DNA of 64,000 nucleotides, from assembly GCF_006345805.1 (NCBI RefSeq), contig NC_043001.1, forward strand, positions 106,082,001-106,146,000, given 5' to 3'. The position numbers were made by a program, and so were the translations under genes. Positions 15,182 through 26,404 of this stretch are shown in pieces. The stretch's first letter is position 1. Every line of letters starts with the position of its first letter. This stretch comes from Octopus sinensis (lineage: Eukaryota). The notes beneath the pieces were generated by a model. It searched no databases, had not been told where the DNA came from, and saw only the letters and a list, made by a program, of their open reading frames with translations.

Positions 15182-15759
15182 GTATAGGCAGTTTCTATAT
15201 CTAACTGTATTCGCTTCTTTTTCTGAAATATGACTGCTCACACGTTGTGAATGAAATATTTTTATTTGTTTATGAAATTACTTCGATATAGTTTAAACAA
15301 GAGAAAACAATTACTTATGTACGGCTATTATATATATGGTCTCTCAATCGCATAACAGAGGGAGTATATAATATTAGATGACGTATTTACTGTAAAGAAT
15401 TATGCACAATGCTTGTGAGGCTGAGGTCATTTAAGTAAATTTAGTGCTTTATTTCGTGAGAATCGAATAAAGGTTCATGGCATTTAGAAATCTCTCCGGT
15501 TGGTGAACTTATGTATACAAGGCAATGGAATACATATCTGAAGATGTATGACTGTATGAAAGGCGTTTGAATGGAGACTTGCATTAAAAGTCGAAAGTAT
15601 TTGATCACAAGTAAAGAAGGCCTATATCGCAGTGAAACCAGTGGAGTAGTTTGTAGAAACATGCAATGTACAGAGTTACTCATTGTTTATTCTGCTTGGC
15701 ATTGCAATGATGTGGGAAAATCTCCCGGCCTTCTGATTATTAGTTACCTCTACTTAGTA

Positions 15760-16308
15760 TTGGGTTGTCCGGAAAGTTCGTACCGATTTACAGTACCTTA
15801 ACTTTCGACTTATTTTAGAACATGTTTGAGTCCATAAAATAGGATTTGACTACATCTCCATTTAGAGCACAGTTTATGCTATCTTTTCCTGGAAGAAAGT
15901 TTATGTTCCTATAACCTGTGTTAATTCTGTAACCCTTTAAATTGGAAGATAAAAAAGTTCATTTTTGGCACTTGATGCTTTTCATTTTCCGTAAAGGGAA
16001 ACATGCCTCAAAAGCAACCAAAGAAATATGCGCAGTTTACGGTGATGTTTCTTCATCTGAAAGAACTGAACGGAAGTGGTCCGCAAGGTTCCGAGCAGGT
16101 GATTGTAGCCTTATTGATGAAGAGCGATCAGACAGACCATCCACTACAGAGGATGACCAAATCAAGTTATTCATTGAGAATAACCCACATTGCTCAAATC
16201 GAGAATTAACAGAAAGCCTTCACACATCAGAATCCGTCGTTCATGAGCACCTGTTAAAGCTTGGGTAAAGGCAAGTATTTATTGGCTCGAACTTTCCGGA
16301 CAACTCAA
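15760..16308 (+). mobile_element. mariner internal-deletion derivative with both TIRs and the N-terminal HTH region
   Basis: TIRs TTGGGTTGTCCGGAAAGTTC / GAACTTTCCGGACAACTCAA flanked by TA; 15942-16268 translates to a Mos1-like N-terminus (HLMLFIFRKGKHASKATKEICAVYG..SLIDEERSDRP). Confidence 0.9.
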
Positions 16309-16769
16309 TACATTAGAAGATGTTCTTTCGAGTACATGATATCTGGGGCTTAAGATTTTCAGAATTGCTTGTTTTTGTTTCCCTAAGGAATAAGAAGGGG
16401 GTTATCGTGGATATGACATCGGTCTCAAATGCAATTGAAAAATGGTATTTAATTCTTACCGGCCTATATTTATTGTACCAGAATTGGTAACAGAGAGTGA
16501 TTGTATTATTCGAAACGCTTCGGGTGACATTGTCAGGTGACCCCAGACATATGTTCGTTTAAAATGAAGGTAGGATCATGAATCAAACTTCTTCCACCTC
16601 AAAGACACAATGAAACCTTAGTCTTCTCAAAATAAGCTTTCATTCATGTCTTTAATCAACAACATAGATTATTTTTCTTAAACGATCATTCGTCTCGATA
16701 ATCATCTGCGTTACTAACCTACCACGCACACACACACACAAACACACATATCTGTCCGTCTATCTATTT

Positions 16770-16777
16770 ATATATAC

Positions 16778-16845
<68 letters not shown>

Positions 16846-16862
16846 GTCTATCTATCTATCTA

Positions 16863-16912
<50 letters not shown>
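16770..16912. repeat. (TATC)n + (TA)n microsatellite
   Basis: direct inspection. Confidence 0.95.
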
Positions 16913-16915
<3 letters not shown>

Positions 16916-16976
16916 ATAAAACGGTAAGATAACAAAAGAAAGAAAGAGACCTCAATATTATGTAAATAGAGGAAAT

Positions 16977-17147
16977 TATCTATACAATATGTTACATTAC
17001 TCGGTAGTCAAGATAAAACTGTGAGTTTCAGATGCCGAAGTGGAAATCCACAACACCATCTCTTCGGTTATCTGGCTGTGGATTTCCACTTCGGCATCTG
17101 AAACTCACAGTTTTATCTTGACTACCGAGTAATGTAACATATTGTAT

Positions 17148-17152
<5 letters not shown>
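16977..17152. repeat. perfect 76-bp inverted repeat with a 24-bp spacer (fold-back of a PLE-type repeat)
   Basis: 16977-17052 is the reverse complement of 17077-17152. Confidence 0.95.
17011..17073 (-). ncRNA. type I hammerhead-like motif (CCGAAGA core, one extra U before GAAA)
   Basis: minus strand: agataa-CCGAAGA-gatg..catc-t-GAAA-ct cac ag-TT-ttatct; stem I 6 bp, stem II 4 bp, stem III 3 bp. Confidence 0.6.
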
Positions 17153-17217
<65 letters not shown>

Positions 17218-17352
17218 TAAATTAGAGATAAAAACCACGCGCTGTTAGTTGGGGCATTTGAATTATACGTCGGATGTAATCAATTGAACCACACGCGTAT
17301 TTATCGTTATGGTAAAATCTGGCGTGTGATTGAGTGGATTTCATCCAGATAG

Positions 17353-17435
17353 TTTTGGCTGACGAGCTACAAATGGATTTTTTTTGTAAGTAAAATTACA
17401 TTTAATTCATTAATAGCGAAACAATTGTCCCAAAA
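17353..17435 (+). ncRNA. type I hammerhead ribozyme, array A copy 1
   Basis: ttttgg-CTGACGA-gcta..tagc-GAAA-caattg-TC-ccaaaa; canonical core, GUC cleavage triplet. Confidence 0.9.
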
Positions 17436-17886
17436 TAATCTGTATTTTTGTTATTTTTTATTTGCCCTGTCCGTGTGAGCTAACAATCGTACTGACTTTC
17501 ATGGGAAACATGTATTTTCGTGGTTGAAACCTTTTGGATTAACTGTGCTAGAGTGAGCCATATAGTGACCACTCTCTTATATTTATTTTGTAAAAATATT
17601 ATAATATGTTATAAAATATTATAATAATCCAGGTTTCTCGGAGCACAAGGCCACTTGGTGTTGAATAGATATACTATTAAATTAGTATCTAATTCTCTCA
17701 CCCTTATTAATTAATTATAATTATGCTGCATTTATTTCTAAATGCTGTATTTGTTTTCCATGAAAGTTTGGCGCGCTGTTAGTTGGGGCATTTGAATTAT
17801 AACGTCGGATGTAATCAATTGAACCACACCGTATTTATCGTTATGGTAAAATCTGGCGTGTGATTGAGTGGATTTCATCCAGATAG

Positions 17887-17969
17887 TTTTGGCTGACGAG
17901 CTACAAATGGATTTTTTTTGTAAGTAAAATTACATTTAATTCATTAATAGCGAAACAATTGTCCCAAAA
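17887..17969 (+). ncRNA. type I hammerhead ribozyme, array A copy 2
   Basis: identical to copy 1. Confidence 0.9.
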
Positions 17970-18421
17970 TAATCTGTATTTTTGTTATTTTTTATTTGCC
18001 CTGTCCGTGTGAGCTAACAATCGTACTGACTTTCATGGGAAACATGTATTTTCGTGGTTGAAACCTTTTGGATTAACTGGTGCTAGAGTGAGCCATATAG
18101 TGACCACTCTCTTATATTTATTTTGTAAAAATATTATAATATGTTATAAAATATTATAATAATCCAGGTTTCTCGGAGCACTAGGCCATTTGGTGTTGAA
18201 TAGATATACTATTAAATTAGTATCTAATTCTCTCACCCTATTAATTAATTATAATTATGCTGCATTTATTTCTAAATGCTGTATTTGTTTTCCGTGAAAG
18301 TTTGGCGCGCTGTTAGTTGGGGCATTTGAATTATAACGTCGGATGTAATCAATTGAACCACACGCGTATTTATCGTTATGGTAAAATCTGGCGTGTGATT
18401 GAGTGAATTTCATCCAGATAG

Positions 18422-18503
18422 TTTTGGCTGACGAGCTACAATGGATTTTTTTTGTAAGTAAAATTACATTTAATTCATTAATAGCGAAACAATTGTCCCA
18501 AAA
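18422..18503 (+). ncRNA. type I hammerhead ribozyme, array A copy 3
   Basis: identical core and stems; one base shorter in the stem II loop. Confidence 0.9.
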
Positions 18504-18889
18504 TAATCTGTATTTTTGTTATTTTTTATTTGCCCTGTCCGTGTGAGCTAACAATCGTACTGACTTTCATGGGAAACATGTATTTTCGTGGTTGAAACCT
18601 TTTGGATTAACTGGTGCTAGAGTGAGCCATATAGTGACCACTCTCTTATATTTATTTTGTAAAAATATTATAATATGTTATAAAATATTATAATAATCCA
18701 GGTTTCTCGGAGCACTAGGCCACTTGGTGTTGAATAGATATACTATTAAATTAGTATCTAATTCTCTCACCCTTATTAATTAATTATATATATATATATA
18801 TATATGCGGGAGGGGGAGAGGGAAAGAGAGAATATGTGTGTGTTTGCGTGTAGGTTTGTATGGGTGTGTGAATCTCCTTTCTATATACA

Positions 18890-19050
18890 CGCATGTGAGG
18901 TTGTGTGGTATGAAACTTGCTTCCCAAGCACGTTGATCCGGGTTCATTCCTATTGCGTGGCACCTCGGGCAAGTAGCCTCTGCCATGGTTTCAGACCGAC
19001 CAAAGCATTGTGAGTGGATTTAGTAGACAGAAACTGGAAGAAGCCCGTCG
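18890..19050 (+). mobile_element. SINE family 1, 5' half; array B starts in its internal (TA)n
   Basis: ends GAAGCCCGTCG-(TA)n like intact copies; no 3' half follows. Confidence 0.75.
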
Positions 19051-19356
19051 TATATATATATATATATTATAATTTCAACAATTGAGGGCAAAATAATTAA
19101 TTATTAATCAATTTCACCAAGTGTTCAGTATGCAAAGGGACCATTCAAGGCGAATTCAAATTATTACATTATATAAAAGGGCTTAGTAAAATAATTACTT
19201 TGCCGCATACTGAACTCATTAGAAATAGCAGCTAAAAAACTTTTTTAAGGCTATTTCTAATACTTAAAGAAAATCTCTCTCATATATAGTGTTTGCATAA
19301 TTTAACTCACAAAAGTTTGGGGGTAATGACATCGAAAAATCAAATGCTAAGGTATT

Positions 19357-19408
19357 CGAGAACGTACGTTTCAAGATTAGTCAAAACAACATTTCTATCA
19401 TCGGCTCG
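19357..19408 (-). ncRNA. variant type I hammerhead, array B (representative of 4 minus-strand copies)
   Basis: cgag-CCGATGA-t aga..tct t-GAAA-cgtacg-TT-ctcg. Confidence 0.7.
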
Positions 19409-21665
19409 GAAATTCCTTGGTTTGGATTTGGAAACACTGAAAATAAGAACATACCCTCTCGAAGATCTGCTCCCAACTAACAGTGTCAACAAATTCAAAA
19501 TAAGCAAGCGAAGAATCTCTGTTCTCCCCTTTCCACCAGCGTGGTTAAAATCATCAAACTCTATGCTTATTTCGGTAAAGTCCGAAGCATTAATCAGAGG
19601 GAGATTAATTATAATTTCAACAATTGAGGGCAAAATTAATTAATTATTAATCAATTTCACCAAGTGTTCAGTATGCAAAGGACCATTCAGGCGAATTCAA
19701 ATTATTACATTATAAAAAGGGCTTAGTAAAATAATTACTTTGCCGCATACTGAACTCATTAGAAATAGCAGCTAAAAAACTTTTTTAAGGCTATTTCTAA
19801 TACTTAAAGAAAATCTCTCTCATATATAGTGTTTGCATAATTTAACTCACAAAAGTTTGGGGGTAATGACATCGAAAAATCAAATGCTAAGGTTATTCGA
19901 GAACGTACGTTTCAAGATTAGTCAAAACAACATTTCTATCATCGGCTCGGAAATTCCTTGGTTTGGATTTGGAAACACTGAAAATAAGAACATACCCTCT
20001 CGAAGATCTGCTCCCAACTAACAGTGTCAACAATTCAAAATAAGCAAGCGAAGAATCTCTGTTCTCCCCTTTCCACCAGCGTGGTTAAAATCATCAAACT
20101 CTATGCTTATTTCGGTAAAGTCCGAAGCATTAATCAGAGGGAGATTAATTATAATTTCAACAATTGAGGGCAAAATTAATTAATTATTAATCAATTTCAC
20201 CAAGTGTTCAGTATGCAAAGGGACCATTCAGGCGAATTCAAATTATTACATTATAAAAAGGGCTTAGTAAAATAAATTACTTTGCCGCATACTGAACTCA
20301 TTAGAAATAGCAGCTAAAAAACTTTTTTAAGGCTATTTCTAATACTTAAAGAAAATCTCTCTCATATATAGTGTTTGCATAATTTAACTCACAAAAGTTT
20401 GGGGGTAATGACATCGAAAAATCAAATGCTAAGGTTATTCGAGAACGTACGTTTCAAGATTAGTCAAAACAACATTTCTATCATCGGCTCGGAAATTCCT
20501 TGGTTTGGATTTGGAAACACTGAAAATAAGAACATACCCTCTCGAAGATCTGCTCCCACTAACAGTGTCAACAAATTCAAAATAAGCAAGCGAAGAATCT
20601 CTGTTCTCCCCTTTCCACCAGCGTGGTTAAAATCATCAAACTCTATGCTTATTCGGTAAAGTCCGAAGCATTAATCAGAGGGAGATTAATTATAATTTCA
20701 ACAATTGAGGGCAAAATTAATTAATTATTAATCAATTTCACCAAGTGTTCAGTATGCAAAGGGACCATTCAAGGCGAATTCAAATTATTACATTATATAA
20801 AAGGGCTTAGTAAAATAAATTACTTTGCCGCATACTGAACTCATTAGAAATAGCAGCTAAAAAACTTTTTTAAGGCTATTTCTAATACTTAAAGAAAATC
20901 TCTCTCATATATAGTGTTTGCATAATTTAACTCACAAAAGTTTGGGGGTAATGACATCGAAAAATCAAATGCTAAGGTTATTCGAGAACGTACGTTTCAA
21001 GATTAGTCAAAACAACATTTCTATCATCGGCTCGGAAATTCCTTGGTTTGGATTTGGAAACACTGAAAATAAGAACATACCCTCTTATTTTCAGTGTTTC
21101 CAAATCCAAACCAAGGAATTTCCGAGCCGATGATAGAAATGTTTTTTTGACTAATCTTGAAACGTACGTTCTCGAATAACCTTAGCATTTGATTTTTCGA
21201 TGTCATTACCCCCAAACTTTTGTGAGTTAAATTATGCAAACACTATATATGAGAGAGATTTTCTTTAAGTATTAGAATAGCCTTAAAAAAGTTTTTTAGC
21301 TGCTATTTCTAATGAGTTCAGTATGCGGCAAAGTAATTTATTTTACTAAGCCCTTTTATATAATGTAATATTTGAATTCGCCTTGAATGGTCCCTTTGCA
21401 TACTGAACACTTGGTGAAATTGATTAATAATTAATTAATTTTGCCCTCAATTGTTGAAATTATAATTAATCTCCCTCTGATTAATGCTTCGGACTTTACC
21501 GAAATAAGCATAGAGTTTGATGATTTTAACCCACGCTGGTGGAAAGGGGAGAACAGAGATTCTTCGCTTGCTTATTTTGAATTTGTTGACACTGTTAGTT
21601 GGGAGCAGATCTTCGAGAGGGTATGTTCTTATTTTCAGTGTTTCCAAATCCAAACCAAGGAATTC

Positions 21666-21717
21666 CGAGCCGATGATAGAAATGTTGTTTTGACTAATCT
21701 TGAAACGTACGTTCTCG
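21666..21717 (+). ncRNA. variant type I hammerhead, array B (representative of 8 plus-strand copies)
   Basis: same motif; stem I cgag/ctcg, U.U at the base of stem II, ACGTACGT stem III, GUU triplet. Confidence 0.7.
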
Positions 21718-24700
21718 AATAACCTTAGCATTTGATTTTTCGATGTCATTACCCCCAAACTTTTGTGAGTTAAATTATGCAAACACTATATATGAGAGAG
21801 ATTTTCTTTAAGTATTAGAAATAGCCTTAAAAAAGTTTTTTAGCTGCTATTTCTAATGAGTTCAGTATGCGGCAAAGTAATTATTTTACTAAGCCCTTTT
21901 ATATAATGTAATAATTTGAATTCGCCTTGAATGGTCCCTTTGCATACTGAACACTTGGTGAAATTGATTAATAATTAATTAATTTTGCCCTCAATTGTTG
22001 AAATTATAATAATCTCCCTCTGATTAATGCTTCGGACTTACCGAAATAAGCATAGAGTTTGATGATTTTAACCCACGCTGGTGGAAAGGGGAGAACAGAG
22101 ATTCTTCGCTTGCTTATTTTGAATTTGTTGACACTGTTAGTTGGAGCAGATCTTCGAGAGGGTATGTTCTTATTTTCAGTGTTTCCAAATCCAACCAAGG
22201 AATTCCGAGCCGATGATAGAATGTTGTTTTGACTAATCTTGAAACGTACGTTCTCGAATAACCTTAGCATTTGATTTTTCGATGTCATTACCCCCAAACT
22301 TTTGTGAGTTAAATTATGCAAACACTATATATGAGAGAGATTTTCTTTAAGTATTAGAAATAGCCTTAAAAAAGTTTTTTAGCTGCTATTTCTAATGAGT
22401 TCAGTATGCGGCAAAGTAATTTATTTTACTAAGCCCTTTTATATAATGTAATAATTTGAATTCGCCTGAATGGTCCCTTTGCATACTGAACACTTGGTGA
22501 AATTGATTAATAATTAATTAATTTTGCCCTCAATTGTTGAAATTATAATTAATCTCCCTCTGATTAATGCTTCGGACTTTACCGAAATAAGCATAGAGTT
22601 TGATGATTTTAACCCACGCTGGTGGAAAGGGGAGAACAGAGATTCTTCGCTTGCTTATTTTGATTTGTTGACACTGTTAGTTGGGAGCAGATCTTCGAGA
22701 GGGTATGTTCTTATTTTCAGTGTTTCCAAATCCAAACCAAGGAATTTCCGAGCCGATGATAGAAATGTTTTTTTGACTAATCTTGAAACGTACGTTCTCG
22801 AATAACCTTAGCATTGATTTTTCGATGTCATTACCCCCAAACTTTTGTGAGTTAAATTATGCAAACACTATATATGAGAGAGATTTTCTTTAAGTATTAG
22901 AAATAGCCTTAAAAAAGTTTTTTAGCTGCTATTTCTAATGAGTTCAGTATGCGGCAAAGTAATTTATTTTACTAAGCCCTTTTATATAATGTAATAATTT
23001 GAATTCGCCTTGAATGGTCCCTTTGCATACTGAACACTTGGTGAAATTGATTAATAATTAATTAATTTTGCCTCAATTGTTGAAATTATAATTAATCTCC
23101 CTCTGATTAATGCTTCGGACTTTACCGAAATAAGCATAGAGTTTGATGATTTTAACCCACGCTGGTGGAAAGGGGAGAACAGAGATTCTTCGCTTGCTTA
23201 TTTTGAATTGTTGACACTGTTAGTTGGGAGCAGATCTTCGAGAGGGTATGTTCTTATTTTCAGTGTTTCCAAATCCAAACCAGGAATTTCCGAGCCGATG
23301 ATAGAAATGTTGTTTTGACTAATCTTGAACGTACGTTCTCGAATAACCTTAGCATTTGATTTTTCGATGTCATTACCCCCAAACTTTTGTGAGTTAAATT
23401 ATGCAAACACTATATATGAGAGAGATTTTCTTTAAGTATTAGAAATAGCCTTAAAAAAGTTTTTTAGCTGCTATTTCTAATGAGTTCAGTATGCGGCAAA
23501 GTAATTTATTTTACTAAGCCCTTTTATATAATGTAATAATTTGAATTCGCCTTGAATGGTCCCTTTGCATACTGAACACTTGGTGAAATTGATTAATAAT
23601 TAATTAATTTTGCCCTCAATTGTTGAAATTATAATTAATCTCCCTCTGATTAATGCTTCGGACTTTACCGAAATAAGCATAGAGTTTGATGATTTTAACC
23701 CACGCTGGTGGAAAGGGGAGAACAGAGATTCTTCGCTTGCTTATTTTGAATTTGTTGACACTGTTAGTTGGAGCAGATCTTCGAGAGGGTATGTTCTTAT
23801 TTTCAGTGTTTCCAAATCCAAACCAAGGAATTTCCGAGCCGATGATAGAAATGTTGTTTTGACTAATCTTGAAACGTACGTTCTCGAATAACCTTAGCAT
23901 TTGATTTTTCGATGTCATTACCCCCAAACTTTTGTGAGTTAAATTATGCAAACACTATATATGAGAGAGATTTTCTTTAAGTATTAGAAATAGCCTTAAA
24001 AAAGTTTTTTAGCTGCTATTTCTAATGAGTTCAGTATGCGGCAAAGTAATTTATTTTACTAAGCCCTTTTATAATGTAATAATTTGAATTCGCCTTGAAT
24101 GGTCCCTTGCATACTGAACACTTGGTGAAATTGATTAATAATTAATTAATTTTGCCCTCAATTGTTGAAATTATAATTAATCTCCCTCTGATTAATGCTT
24201 CGGACTTTACCGAAATAAGCATAGAGTTTGATGATTTTAACCCACGCTGGTGGAAAGGGGAGAACAGAGATTCTTCGCTTGCTTATTTTGAATTTGTTGA
24301 CACTGTTAGTTGGGAGCAGATCTTCGAGAGGGTATGTTCTTATTTTCAGTGTTTCCAAATCCAAACCAAGGAATTTCCGAGCCGATGATAGAAATGTTGT
24401 TTTGACTAATCTTGAAACGTACGTTCTCGAATAACCTTAGCATTTGATTTTTCGATGTCATTACCCCCAAACTTTTGTGAGTTAAATTATGCAAACACTA
24501 TATATGAGAGAGATTTTCTTTAAGTATTAGAAATAGCCTTAAAAAAGTTTTTTAGCTGCTATTTCTAATGAGTTCAGTATGCGGCAAAGTAATTTATTTT
24601 ACTAAGCCCTTTTATATAATGTAATAATTTGAATTCGCCTTGAATGGTCCCTTTGCATACTGAACACTTGTGAAATTGATTATAATTAATTAATTTTGCC

Positions 24701-25152
24701 CTCAATTGTTGAAATTATAATTAATCTCCCTCTGATTAATGCTTCGGACTTTACCGAAATAAGCATAGAGTTTGATGATTTTAACCCACGCTGGTGGAAA
24801 GGGGAGAACAGAGATTCTTCGCTTGCTTATTTTGAATTTGTTGACACTGTTAGTTGGGAGCAGATCTTCGAGAGGGTATGTTCTTATTTTCAGTGTTTCC
24901 AAATCCAAACCAAGGAATTTCCGAGCCGATGATAGAAATGTTGTTTTGACTAATCTTGAAACGTACGTTCTCGAATAACCTTAGCATTTGATTTTTCGAT
25001 GTCATTACCCCCAAACTTTTGTGAGTTAAATTATGCAAACACTATATATGAGAGAGATTTTCTTTAAGTATTAGAAATAGCCTTAAAAAAGTTTTTTAGC
25101 TGCTATTTCTAATGAGTTCAGTATGCGGCAAAGTAATTTATTTTACTAAGCC

Positions 25153-25206
<54 letters not shown>

Positions 25207-25207
<1 letters not shown>

Positions 25208-25800
25208 CGTAAAACATTCAAACACTAAGATTTGAAATCAGTTTTCATTACTGTTCATATCATCTGTGGATAAATTTTAAAATCAGAAAGGATTAGAACA
25301 TTTAGTAGCACAAATAAAATATTATGCGATGGGGGGGTGTCTGCAAACCAGGTTTCGGCTTTTGGGTATTTAAACCCTGAGCCTCGTCAGTGTGGCCAAC
25401 CGGGTAATAAGCCATAACAGTCATTTTAAACTCTCACTGTTGAACTTGTTTTGTTTTGCGCTAAAAGCAGAGCAGAAGGTACATAAAATTTTATAAGAAA
25501 AACATTCAAACACTGAGACTTTAAATCAGATGTCATTACTGTTCATATCATCTGTGGATAAATTTTAAAATTGATGATATCACCAGCAGTGAAATAGGTG
25601 GATCGCAGGCGCAATAGCATTAAATAGCTATGAATTATAAATTTGCACAAAGCGTAAGGATGTTTAACAAGCATCTAACTGCTAGAAATAAGAGGTAATG
25701 TCTAAAATTTATCCACCGTACCGCACCAGATAACAGAGAAAAACAGTATGTGAGGAAAACAGAAAGCATTAGAACATTTAACAGCACAAAAAAATATAAA
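25207..25800 (-). mobile_element. PLE pseudo-LTR-like partial tandem repeat (~289-bp period)
   Basis: 25210-25281 recurs at 25499-25571; 25283-25322 recurs near 25760-25797; contains an HHR. Confidence 0.6.
25342..25394 (-). ncRNA. type I hammerhead motif with a weakened stem I
   Basis: caca-CTGACGA-ggct..agcc-GAAA-cctgg-TT-tgca; inner GGGT/ACCC hairpin in stem II. Confidence 0.7.
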
Positions 25801-26404
25801 GCAACTAGGGATATATATATATATATATATATAAACGTATGTGAATTTTTTCAATGTGTACAAATATCAAGGAAAAATAAGTAAATATTTATCATGGTAG
25901 CAAAAGTTTACGTAAGAGCCAAATATATTACAGCCTACTTATAAAGGTAGAAATCCCAGGGTTAAGTGAAATGTTTTTGTATGACATGGATAAATTAAGA
26001 AATTGAGTCAAACGCAGGGGTTATTCAAATCTTTATATTTCCGTCATATTTTTCGAAGAAATGATTGATATTATTCCGGAGGGAATAAAATGATGTAAAA
26101 CAATGTAATCATCTAATCAGGGAAAGAAAAGAGAAACAAAGCATCAATAAGCTTTTTTTACCGAATGTGATTACCGCGTATATGATGAAGGGGGAACACT
26201 AGCAAGTTATTTTCTAAAAAAAACTGTTAATAGATTTAACGTCAAAGGTAATTTAGAGAAAGAGAAGGAGGAGAAAGAAAGAAATTAACAGTAAATGATG
26301 TGTGAAAAAGTGTAGTGTGATACATGAATGGGAATAAAGCTTAATATTGTAGAAATAAATATGTGTAGTGGAAATGAAATATAAGAAGACAGTTAAAGAT
26401 CGAA

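Larger units (their letters stand above)
17238..18787 (+). mobile_element. retrozyme-like tandem array A: 534-bp non-coding unit x~2.9, one HHR per unit
   Basis: cleavage-site C at 17429, 17963, 18497 (period 534); units near-identical; no ORF; ends in (TA)n. Confidence 0.85.
19066..25162. mobile_element. retrozyme-like tandem array B: ~542-bp unit x~11 with an internal inversion near 21078, 12 HHR motifs
   Basis: period 541-543; HHR on - at 19357-19408, 19898-19949, 20440-20491, 20983-21034; on + at 21123-21174, 21666-21717, 22206-22256, 22749-22800, 23291-23341 (GAA instead of GAAA), 23835-23886, 24378-24429, 24922-24973. Confidence 0.8.

Noticed and set aside
19293-25038. Repeated 60-116 aa ORFs in array B (MHNLTHKSLG.., MPSIVEII..)
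   Set aside because: No recognisable domain; frames differ between units through indels; several lack true ATG starts. The conserved feature is RNA structure
17238-25162. Arrays as CRISPR or plain satellite DNA
   Set aside because: No repeat-spacer alternation and eukaryotic context; one ribozyme per unit argues against featureless satellite, though expansion by unequal crossing-over cannot be excluded
19066-25162. Single-base differences between array B units as biological variation (including the GAA copy at 23291)
   Set aside because: Mostly one-base losses in homopolymers, the pattern of residual long-read error; cannot be interpreted without raw reads
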